Assembly: GCF_000181795.1 (NCBI RefSeq)
Contig: NW_003526940.1
Span: 504,660-538,739, forward strand
Length of the DNA: 34,080 bases
From: Trichinella spiralis
Taxonomy: Eukaryota
Direction: 5' to 3'
A model generated the notes under the pieces. The model searched no databases. It was not told the DNA's origin and saw only the letters and a program-made list of their open reading frames with translations. Positions 23,204 to 33,073 of this stretch are shown here, in pieces; the first letter of the stretch is position 1, and the number at the start of each line of letters is the position of its first letter. The translations under genes and the position numbers were made by a program.

Positions 23204-23220
23204 TCCTGCCGCGCTCGCCA
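23204..23220 (-). promoter_or_regulatory. Gypsy primer-binding site (tRNA 3' end, Arg-like)
   Basis: TGGCGAGCGCGGCAGGA lies 2 nt after the 5' LTR. The tRNA identity is an inference. Confidence 0.7.
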
Positions 23221-23222
23221 TT

Positions 23223-23459
23223 TGTAGCGCCGTCAGACGCTCGATTCATCCGCAACATTTATTGTGTAGAGATTTTATTATAAACAACGGGATACAAGAA
23301 ATTATACAAAATAGCTATATTACAAGTGTTCAACCAACCGGGACGCGCACGCCGTATCTCTGCCGCCGATGCACCACCTTGATCTATTTATTTTCGCGCC
23401 GGTCGCCCTACAAAAGGGTGAACGTGATACGCAGGTGCAATTTCGTCGTCGCCGCCACA
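23223..23459 (-). repeat. Gypsy 5' LTR
   Basis: Near-identical to 18681-18918. Confidence 0.95.
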
Positions 23460-23663
23460 ATATTTTAAACTTTAAACAAAAGGTAAAAACAAAATTGTTT
23501 AAACTTTAAAACCAAGGTTTAAAACAAAATATTTTAAACTTTAAACAAAACGTAAAAATAAAATTGTTTAAACTTTAAACAATAGGTGTAAACAAAATTG
23601 TTTAAACTCTGAAACCAAGGTTTAAAACAAAATGTTTTAAAAATTTAAAAAAAAGTTAAAAAC
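23460..23663. repeat. AT-rich ~33-bp tandem repeat, right part (~6 units)
   Basis: Same unit as 18569-18680. Confidence 0.9.
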
Positions 23664-23879
23664 TGTTGGGAAAAACATTCTCCTGACCTCTAGTCTTCAG
23701 CAAGTTAGGCGGAAGCTCTAGCTCACGATAGAGCTGCGCGTCAGAGCGCGACGCTGTGAAGTCATTCCCGCATGTATATAAGAATGCGTTCTGAACTTTT
23801 ACTAACACTTTATCACTTCCGCGCATAACTGCGTTGCACGTTGTTCACTTCGGTAGTTTATGCTTAGTAAAATTCATCA
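23664..23879 (+). repeat. Copia LTR 3
   Basis: 216-bp TG..CA copy followed by the PBS. Confidence 0.95.
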
Positions 23880-23950
23880 GGTTATGGCCCCAGATACGCG
23901 TACTGTGCGCCAAGGATAAGTGAAATTCAACTGAAACAAATCACTGGACG

Positions 23951-26900
23951 ATGAGCGGTATGGCTACTGACGGTGATCTAGGTAAACCCGTTATTGCTAA
24001 GTTGAACAGTTCAAACTACCAGCTATGGAAGCTGAAGATGAAAGTGCTGTTAATGAGGGACGGCTTATGGGACTTGGTAAGCCAACCGAAGCCCTGCCCC
24101 ATACCAGAGGACTGGAGTCGAAAAGAGTGCAAAGCGATAGCTGCAATATGTCTCACCGTGGAGGACGACCAGCTTATCCATCTTGCGCAACTGGAAACTG
24201 CCCGGGAAATGTGGCAGACGCTACAGCGACTCCATGAACGAGCATCAATCGGCAGCAAGCTGTACTTGATGCGCAAATTGTATGGTATGCGGTTCACACA
24301 TGGCACGATGAAATCTCACATAAATGGGATATTGGAAATTGTTACACAATTACGAGGCTTAGGCAAGAATATTGAAGATGAAGACCTAGTCGCCATAATG
24401 TTGTGCAGTCTGCCAGATTCCTACTCTGCTTTGGTTACTGCATTGGAAGGAAGAGATGAAGCAGATCTAACCGTTGAATATGTAAGCGGAAAACTGCTTG
24501 ATGAATACCCGCGGCGTTCAGAAAGTTGTCTTGACCAGAGAAGTAACGAAGTCGCGCTCAATACTACTGCAAGTAACGCACGAAGCCAGTTCAGAGCTTC
24601 AAAAGCAACCCTGACAAAGTCAGACAACGAGAGCCGAAGATGCTATTACTGTGGCAAAAAGAGGCACATCAAAGCAAACTGACGCAAATTGAAGCACCAA
24701 CGTGAGAAAAATGAAAAGGCGAGATATGGGGTACACCATAATGAACTACCTCCCATCAACCAGAAAACCAACGCGATACAATATCGCACCTTTGCCACAG
24801 GAGAAAAGGCGTATAAAGGTAAAATTGGTGATTGGTATGTGGACTTTGGAGCTACAAGCCACATGACTTGCAACAGGAACTTCTTTGAGTCATTGGAGCG
24901 GAGAAAATCAACCGTCTATCTCGCTGATAATACGGCAATCCAGGCTGAAGGTATAGGACATGGATGGCTATTCTGCGTCACGCCGGACGGTACAATTGAG
25001 GAAATCCATGTGAAGGATGTACTTTTTATCCCGTCATTGGAAACCGGACTCCTATCAGCCCAGCGTATTACCAATAATGGCTACAAAATAATGTTCCAAG
25101 ATGATACGAGCTTAATTTCCTACCAAAAGGAAGTTGTCGCGGAGGCGAAACTTGATGGATCACTCTTCAAACTAAAGCAAAAACATCAAATAGACAGACA
25201 CTGCGTTGAGTGTACATACTTATGCATGCTTACACAAGTGGCACCGACGCATGGACACAGAGATCCAGAAGCTATCAGAAAATTAAACAAAGAAAAGTTG
25301 GCGAATGGTATTGAAATATGCAAATGCGACGCTGAAAACGATTGAGAGATCTGTCTGACAGGTGAGATGACGTCAACTCCCTTCCCGAAGGTAGCTAACA
25401 GAGCTAAGAAGCAGATCGAATTAATACCCAGCGATATATGTGGTCCGATGATAACAGCCACTCCAAGCGATGATCGATACATGATGACGTTTATCGATGA
25501 CTATTATCGCTTCACCGTGGTTCATCTTTTAAAGACGAAAGATGAAGCTGTGGATAGAATTAAAGACTACGTTGCCACACTACATACGAAGTTTGGGCGT
25601 AACCCCGTCACACTTCGCACTGACAATGGACGAGAGTACGTCAACCAAAGGCTGAGAAACTTTCTTGGAGAAAAAGGAATTGAACATCAATTCTCAGCGC
25701 CATACACGCCACAACAAAATGGTGTAGCTGAAAGGAAGAACCGAGCTTTGGTCGAAATGGCGAAATGCATGATGACTGATGCAAAATTGCCAGAGCGCTT
25801 CTGGGGCGAAGTGGTATGCACGGCAGCGTTTCTACAAAATCGGCTCCCGAGCCGAAGTATTTCGAAGACGCCATTCGAGCTCTGGACAGGAAACAAGCCC
25901 AACGTATACCACATGCGAATTTTTGGATCCAAAGCATATTGTTACATCCCAAAACAAAAGCGGAGAAAATGGGTCAACAAGGCAAGAGAAGGGGTGATCG
26001 TTGGTTATGGTGGCATTACAAAAGGCTACAGGTTACTAAGCCCAACGACGAACGAAATATGGATAAGCCATTCAGGGAAAATCATTGAGGATTATTCACA
26101 CATGAAAAACGAAAGTGCAGTGCCAAAAGGAGCAATTGAACGATCACGGGAATACGACGACATTCCCAAATTACTGAAAAAAGAAGATAACGTGATCATC
26201 GAAGACATATTTGGGCCAACTCAAGAGGAACTGTCGGGCGAAGTTGAACCCATAAAAGACGGCATAGAAGCTCCAACATTACGACGCTCTCGAAGAATTA
26301 ACAAAGGTATACCGCCGAAACGACTAAGCTACAATATACGCGCAACCCAAATATGCGAACCAACATCGTGGGAGGAAGTAATAAAACTGCCGGCTCGAGA
26401 ACGGAACAAATGGATAGCAGCAGCTGAAGAGGAAATGACATCACTAAAGAGGAAAGGTGCATTTGAGCTTGTCGAACCACCTGACGGCTGCAATGTGATC
26501 TCATCAAAATGGATATTCAAAGCTAAGACAGATGCAAGGGGTAAGATACGCTCTTACAAAGCGCGATTGGTGGCGCGTGGGTTCTCACAACGTTTAGGAG
26601 AAGACTATGATGAAACGTTCGCGCCAGTTGTAAAACACGAGACTATCCGCACCTTGCTTAGCATCGCTGCTGTGAAATCGCTGCACGTCCGACATTTTGA
26701 TGTTAAGTGTGCTTATCTGAACGCAGAACTTCCAGAAAAGCTGTATATATAACAGCAACCCGGGTTTGAAGACACAAACAAGGATATGGTATGACAGTTG
26801 AAACGCAGCACATATGGTCTTAAGCAATCAGCGAGAGCGTGGAATACGAAGGCCAGAGAGATACTTACTACTGTCGGTTTCCGTCAAGCAAAGGCAGATT

Positions 26901-27954
26901 TATGCTTGTATACAAGAAAGGAGCCATCCCGTAGTATGACGTACGTATTGCTCTATGTCGATGATTTGCTAATCGCTGCAGAGAACGAAGCTGTTGCCCT
27001 AACTGTCAACAAGCAATTGAACAAGTACATCGAAGTCAAAGACCTTGGGGAAGTTTCCTATTACTTAGGCATCCAAATCGAACGAAAATTAGATGGCACT
27101 TTTGTGATACATCAGAAAAATAAAATAATGCAACTGCTAGAAAGCTGTAGTATGCAAGAAGCAAAACCAGTGGCAACACCAATGGAGACCCACTATCTAA
27201 GCTCACTGGATGAACCAAGTCCTGCATTACCAGATAAAACCAAATACAGATGTATTATTGGATCGTTGCTACACATTTCCAATGTTACTCGACCAGACAT
27301 AGCCCTATCAGTTGGATTACTATGCAGAAAAATGGAAACACCGACAGAAAGAGACTGGAAATCAGCAAAGCGCATCATACGGTACTTGGCAGGTACTGCA
27401 AACGCGAAGTTGTGTCTAAGCTCAACAAATGATCTTATTCTACGAGGACATGTAGACGCAGATTGGGCAGGTGAAAAGTCCAGCAGAAAGTCGACGAGTG
27501 GATATGTATTTTAGCTTGGTCACGGTACCATCGCATGGTCCACGAAAAGGCAGACCATAGTTGTTTGTCAACCACAGAAGCCGAATATGTTGCCTTGGCA
27601 GAAGCAAGCAGAGAACTACTGTGGTTACGTCAACTACTCAACGATTTCGGAGTTCAAACCCCAGATGCTACCACCCTGTATGAAGATAATCAAGGCTACA
27701 TACGTCTCGTTGAATCAGATCGATTCGGTGAGAGAACCAAACACATCAATGTAAGGTTCCACATTGTGAAAGATTTACGAGAAAAGGGCATATTAGAAGT
27801 CAAATACTGTCCGTCAGAAGAAATGATTGCAGACAACTTAACCAAGCCTGTGTGTAAGCATCAAATTGAAAATTTCACAAAGAAGGTGGGATTGGAAGAC
27901 TACGGACAGGAGAACGAGAAGGGGTGTTGGGGAAAACATTCTCCTGACCTCTAG
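23951..27954 (+). pseudogene. Copia gag-pol polyprotein with five in-frame stops and frameshifts
   Basis: Same motifs as copy 1, plus RT (YKARLVARGF, FDVKCAYLN, YGLKQ, YVDD) and RNase H (VDADWAG, STTEAEY, YEDNQG, KHINVRFH, IADNLTK). Stops at 24680, 25343, 26750, ~26792 and 27512. Confidence 0.95.
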
Positions 27955-28140
27955 TCTTCAGCAAGTTAGGCGGAAGCTCTAGCTCACGATAGAGCTGCGC
28001 GTCAGAGCGTGGCGCTGTGACGTCATTTCCGCATGTATATAAGAATGCGTTATCAAATTTTACTTACACTTTATCACTTCCGCGCATAACTGCATTGCAC
28101 GCTGTTCACTTTGGTAGTTTATGCTTAATAAATTTCATCA
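27925..28140 (+). repeat. Copia LTR 4
   Basis: 216-bp TG..CA copy preceded by the purine tract and followed by GACGC. Confidence 0.95.
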
Positions 28141-28145
28141 GACGC

Positions 28146-28235
28146 ATCTTTACAAAGTTGCGTCAGTTGATCGATCATCCCATGAATCTTCGCCCTTCGA
28201 ACTTCGGTCTTGCTCACTATGCTCTCAGCTTTCAT
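28146..28235 (-). pseudogene. BEL/Pao gag N-terminus, separated from the rest by the nested block
   Basis: ATG at 28235: MKAESIVSKTEVRRAKIHGMIDQLTQLCKD. It joins in frame through one GACGC copy to ASHPDDLRELLDD at 15238. Confidence 0.85.
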
Positions 28236-28301
28236 AATGGATCGACTCGAAATGGGAATGTGTGTTGCAACGATGAGATTTCTACTTGATTATTTCCACC
28301 A

Positions 28302-28319
28302 ATCCGGCTCAGAGGACCA
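28302..28319 (-). promoter_or_regulatory. BEL/Pao primer-binding site (tRNA-Tyr-like)
   Basis: TGGTCCTCTGAGCCGGAT lies 3 nt after the LTR fragment and is close to the tRNA-Tyr PBS TGGTCCTTCGAGCCGGAT. Confidence 0.75.
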
Positions 28320-28322
28320 GAA

Positions 28323-28445
28323 TATAACGAACAAAACAGCAGGTCACTCGTCTCTGATGTTAGTGGACTGTATTTCTGGATTGTTATTGCAAAGCCGGGA
28401 GTGTCCAATGCGTTGGACAATCCGACTTATAAGACGACAACTGTT
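28323..28445 (-). repeat. Truncated BEL/Pao 5' LTR
   Basis: 123 bp matching 11618-11740 with about 8 substitutions; homology stops abruptly at 28445. Confidence 0.85.
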
Positions 28446-30437
28446 GGTTTGGTACTACTCGGTCCCGCTTTTCTCTTATTGGTCTTTGCCCACGCTATTT
28501 TATTGGACCGTCAAATCTTTGTCGTATTGGTTTTCATTTTATTGGGCCATGAAGTCTTTGTCGTATTGGTTTTCCTTGTCTAATGCTCATTATTCAAAAT
28601 GTTCAAAAAAGATAAATATATTGGATTTAGTATGAAAAAGGTAATTGAAAATAATTTTTCTATCCAAACAACACTACAAAAGTGAAGGACGTTCATCTCG
28701 TCAGCCGGGACAATTTTCAACAAATAATGTAGTGGTTAATTTTGGTCTCAAAAATAATTTCCGCTTGTAAATTGTGAAAATTTTGAAATAAGAATGCAAA
28801 TTTTCCAGTAAACATTTGTCGAAATTAGACAAAGTACAGTACAGGTGAATTTTGAATTTGACCTTGAAATGGGGAAAATGAAACATTGGCACGTGGAAAA
28901 TAACTTAATTTCACGATTACATGCCACAGTGTACGGTNNNNNNNNNNNNNNNNNNNNNNNNNNNNNNNNNNNNNNNNNNNNNNNNNNNNNNNNNNNNNNN
29001 NNNNNNNNNNNNNNNNNNNNNNNNNNNNNNNNNNNNNNNNNNNNNNNNNNNNNNNNNNNNNNNNNNNNNNNNNNNNNNNNNNNNNNNNNNNNNNNNNNNN
29101 NNNNNNNNNNNNNNNNNNNNNNNNNNNNNATAAACAACATAACAGTGAACAATATTAACAAAGTGGTATCAGAGAGATTTCAAAATCACAAATTATTGTT
29201 TGTGGATTATGATTGACGTAAGATCTTTATCCGTACATAAACAATAGACTGCTGGCACCAGCTTTCCCGCCAAAAAGGTATGGGACAATTCATCACTTGT
29301 TGATTTTTCCATTGTATTAAAATCGCCTTTACCAACATATGTGATGTGACGAGAAAAGCGAACAATGTTTGACAAAGGCATATGCGTGAAATCATGCGTA
29401 ACATTAAGTGAAATTGCGAGCTAAAACGTAACGTTAGCGTTAGTGCCATTTGTAACTCGGAAATTGGAAGTGTTGCTGCAACGTTCCTGATTTTTCAAAC
29501 AGATTATTCAGTATTCTGACATTACACCCGGAAATCTTGATAAATCAAATCTTGATAAATTTCAACAGGCAGCAAATTTATTTACAAACAGTGGGAGCAG
29601 ATTTATATATCAGTTGGAAAATCGGTAATAGACCACTTAGGGTACGGATGGTACATTCAAGTTTGTACTTCAATGATATGAATAGCATTTTACCATCCAT
29701 GAAATTGTGGCGAGTAAGCTGGTGCCAGTAGTCTGTTGCTATGTACGGTTAAAGATATTGGCAAATAAGAGTTTATTTTTCAAGCTTCAATAAACAAAGC
29801 GGCTGTCCTTAGCGTCAATCTTTATCCACAAACAATAATTTGTAATTTTGAAATCACCCTGATACCACTTTGTTAATGTCGTTCACTGATATGTTGTTTA
29901 TTATTGTTGTTGTTGCTGCTGTTGGCTAGTGAAAAATGAAAATCACTATTTAACTTATTTTTTGTAATGTTTTTTTCTGAATTATTACTATCGCATTTGA
30001 TATAACGTCATTTTGATACAATAAAATATAGAATAATGATAAAAATTATTTTCAAAAATACTGATAATGAAAAAGTATAGACTACACAACAAATAATATA
30101 TTTAAATAAACAAAATTTCAATGAATGACGAAACTTCAAACAGACAATAAAATTTTGGAATAATGAATATTTTCATTTTTTATGTTACGTCACTATTATG
30201 AAAGTTACGTAATCCTAAATGGAATATTTGAACCAATGAAATGAAAAAATATTACAGCTAATCACAAGGGAAAGATTTGAATCAATGAGCAATTAGACAA
30301 GGAAAACCAATACGAAAAAGACTTTACGGTCTAATAAAATAGCGAGATTACGGACTAATAAAATAGCGAGGACAACGACCAATAAATGAACAGTGGGACC
30401 GAATGGGAACAAAATTGAGCCCAAGTGGGACCATCCC
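28446..30437. mobile_element. Putative non-autonomous DNA element bounded by ~150-bp inverted repeats
   Basis: 28459-28597 is the reverse complement of ~30277-30402 (ATTAGACAAGGAAAACCAATACGA, AATAAAATAGCG, GGGACCGA). The interval spans an assembly gap and no TSD is visible. Confidence 0.45.
29131..29900. repeat. Long inverted repeat (29131-29272 / 29707-29900)
   Basis: TAAACAACAT..ATTAACAAAGTGGTATCAG..AATTATTGTTTGTGGAT and CCGTACATA..CTGGCACCAGCTT recur reverse-complemented. The right arm has an extra ~55 bp. Confidence 0.85.
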
Positions 30438-31343
30438 NNNNNNNNNNGCATATGCCTTTGTCAAACATTCTTCGCTTTTCTCGTCACATCACATTTGTTG
30501 GTAACGGCGATTTTAATTCAAAGGGAAAATGCACAAGTGACAAATTGTTCACAGTTGCAGCTTTCAAGCTTAACCAAGGAGTGACAACTACTAAATTGTT
30601 AGCATCTGATTAATTTCTTGATTTTACTGGGAGTGTTCTATTTAAATCTTTCTTGTTTACAATCTGAGAATTTTACTTTAATATTTACAAAGTTTCCTTC
30701 ATTACGAAACAAACATCTATATATATATTTTTTATACATGTCGATGAGTTTTGTTGTTTGTATGAAAAATCCTGTTTGACGTTCATACATTTTATATAAA
30801 ATACAGTCGAACTTGGTTAAGTGCATAAGATTTTGGCTGAAAAAAATTCCCTTTATTTAATTAAACGATAAAATAATGGATAAGTGCATGAAAATTCTTA
30901 CCAAAATCCATGCTCACTTATAACAAACTTAAAATGTAATTTGAAATGCAACATCAAACAGATCAGCTACATCACAGACGCTGCTTTTGATGCGGAAAGT
31001 TTTAATATTTCGTTATCATTAAAATATATACACTGAAAGGTTGCAAATGGAAATGAGAATAGATGGCAATTTAAGTGTTCACCAACGCACTACTCGGTTT
31101 TGTTCAGATGTTGAAATAGTTTACAATTTACACGAAATATATAAATAAATTTGTTTTTTGACTTGTAAATAATATTTCAGATTTTTAATTTTCTATTTAA
31201 ATAAAATATACGACTTTAAACAATAACACTGATGAAAGAAGTCAAAACTTTCTGAGTGAAATAAAATTCTTTGATTGCTAACAAGAAGATTTCATAGAAC
31301 AGTACGACGGAAATCAAATGTATTCGATGCTAANNNNNNNNNN

Positions 31344-31710
31344 GGTACCCTAAGTGGTCTATTACCGATTTTCCAACTGATATATAAATCTGCTCCCACT
31401 GTTTGTAAATAAATTTGCTGCCTGTTGAAATTTATCAAGATTTGATTTATCAAGATTTCCGGGTGTAATGTCAGAATACTGAATAATCTGTTTGAAAAAT
31501 CTGGAACGTTGCAGCAACACTTCCAATTTCCGGGTTACAAATGGCGCTAATGCTGACGTTACGTGTTAGCTCGCAATTTCACTTAATTTTAACCATGATT
31601 TCCCGCCAAATGCCCTTTGTCAACATTCTTCGCTTTTCTCGTCACATCACATATGGTGGTAAAGGCGATTTTTATACAATGGAAAAATCACCAAGGGATG
31701 AATTTGTCCC
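31344..31710. repeat. Inverted copy of 29280-29645; a partial third copy lies at 30448-30550
   Basis: GTACCCTAAGTGGTCTATTACCGATTTTCCAACTG.. is the reverse complement of 29460-29645. TTCGCTTTTCTCGTCACATCACAT is present in all three copies. Confidence 0.88.
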
Positions 31711-31830
31711 CCGTTTGCAATTGTCACCTAAAAACTAAGCATGGCAACTGCTAATTTGTTTACATCCAATTTACATTTTTGAATTTTCCCCCTGACTGTT
31801 CCATGAAAATTCTTTTCTTGNNNNNNNNNN

Positions 31831-32569
31831 TCGATTCGAACCAGAAAGAGGACAGTGCAAAAATGACATACTGACTGTATAAATCTGCTTTTTTTAGAGT
31901 GGAAAAAAATCTTGCATATTTAATTATTATCACACTTCAGATCAGTCAACCGAACAGCAAATCTCTACAATACTGCGACACCAACATACCGCCAACGTTG
32001 ACTTCGAAAACAAATCAACTGACGTTGCATTTCAACACGGACAATTCAGTGGCTTATCAAGGCTATTCGATCACTTACTTGGTCACGGATCAAGGTAGGC
32101 ACGCAGGCATGCGATTACAAATATTTTTTTTCATCCGTTTCAGACTGCGGTGGCACTATACAACTTGCATCCGGTTCCATAACGAGCCCGAATTATCCGG
32201 GCGATTATCCGCCGCGTGTACGCTGCCGGTGGCTGATTTCCGTTCCACGGGGCAGTTGGATCAGTTTCCACGTGGCGCATTTGAAAATGGATCCTGCCTG
32301 CGATGACCAATCAGATCGTCTCGAGCTACGGCCAGCAAACGTCGACAACCAAGAACCGCAGATCTACTGCGGCGAGCAGGTTCACAAACGGCAAAAAATA
32401 TTTTTTTTTTCTAATTGTAAATTTTCCATTTTTACAGCAACCGTCCACTGGTGTGATCATGATGAGCAATCAAGTTGAAGTGCTGTTCACGTCGGGTGAT
32501 TCCAAAGCGAACAGTTATGAAGGTTTTCGATTGAAATTCCACACCATCGATCGAGCCGAAATGCACTGA
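31831..32569 (+). CDS. 3' end of a multi-CUB-domain extracellular protein (cubilin- or tolloid-like); exons 31831-31876, 31941-32094, 32144-32379, 32438-32569
   Basis: Splicing three GT-AG introns (64, 49 and 58 bp) gives ..GQCKNDILT ISQ..YCDTNIPPTLTSKTNQLTLHFNTDNSVAYQGYSITY..DCGGTIQLASGSITSPNYPGDYPPRVRCRWLI..IYCGEQ..SNQVEVLFTS..YEGFRLKF*, two tandem CUB domains. AATAAA follows downstream. The 5' part is lost at the gap. Confidence 0.88.
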
Positions 32570-33073
32570 TACACACGAAAATATTTGAAATTATTGTTTT
32601 TTAATTTAATAAATATGAAACACCAATAAAGTAAGATTGATCATCTTGTTATTTACTATAATACTCACTCAGTAGTGGTAATGGATGTGGGCAATAGAAA
32701 GTGATCATTCGACATTTTTGGGTATGCCAAAAAAGTAAAAAAAAATTCGCAGTGCTTATAAAACTGAGCTAGTGGAAATGAACAAGATAAATTGCGTTTA
32801 TATGCTAACTGAGAAAATTGAGCTTTTCGTTGTCGTTTTCTGAACTACAAATCAAACACAAATCGAATAAATGAATAGCTGCTAGAAGTGCCGAGAGCAA
32901 ACAAACAAACGAACGAACGAACGAACGAAAAAGAAAAGAAAACAATCAAATTTGGCAGTTTAATATAAAGTGGAAAGATTAGATTTCTGGGAAAAAAAAG
33001 AAAATAAATAAATAAATATGCTTACCCCCTCCCCTCTTTATTGTAATAATTAATTATTGCTTTTAAAATTCCA

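Larger units (their letters stand above)
18681..23459 (-). mobile_element. Full-length Ty3/Gypsy LTR retrotransposon (4.8 kb)
   Basis: LTRs at 18681-18918 and 23223-23459 differ by about 3 substitutions and 1 indel by eye. ATAT target duplication at 18677-18680 / 23460-23463. PBS 23204-23220, PPT 18919-18930. Domain order gag-PR-RT-RH-INT. Confidence 0.97.
23664..28140 (+). mobile_element. Ty1/Copia LTR retrotransposon copy 2 (full length, 4.5 kb, inactivated)
   Basis: LTRs at 23664-23879 and 27925-28140, PBS at 23880, domain order gag-PR-INT-RT-RH. Left flank AAAAC, right flank GACGC. Confidence 0.96.
11618..28445 (-). mobile_element. BEL/Pao LTR retrotransposon, internally deleted and interrupted by a 12.9-kb nested block (15239-28140)
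   Basis: 3' LTR 11618-12002, PPT 12003-12013, integrase/RNase H/gag remnants 12014-15233, gag N-terminus 28146-28235, PBS 28302-28319, truncated 5' LTR 28323-28445. Confidence 0.9.

Noticed and set aside
18569..23663. ~33-bp repeats resembling a CRISPR array
   Set aside because: The units are contiguous with no unique spacers, there are no cas genes, and the context is eukaryotic.
28301..28319. tRNA-like 3' end ending in CCA
   Set aside because: Only ~18 nt, adjacent to an LTR and with no cloverleaf. It is the complement of a PBS, as is 23204-23220.
28748..29216. ORFs containing long X runs
   Set aside because: Artefacts of translating through the N gap.
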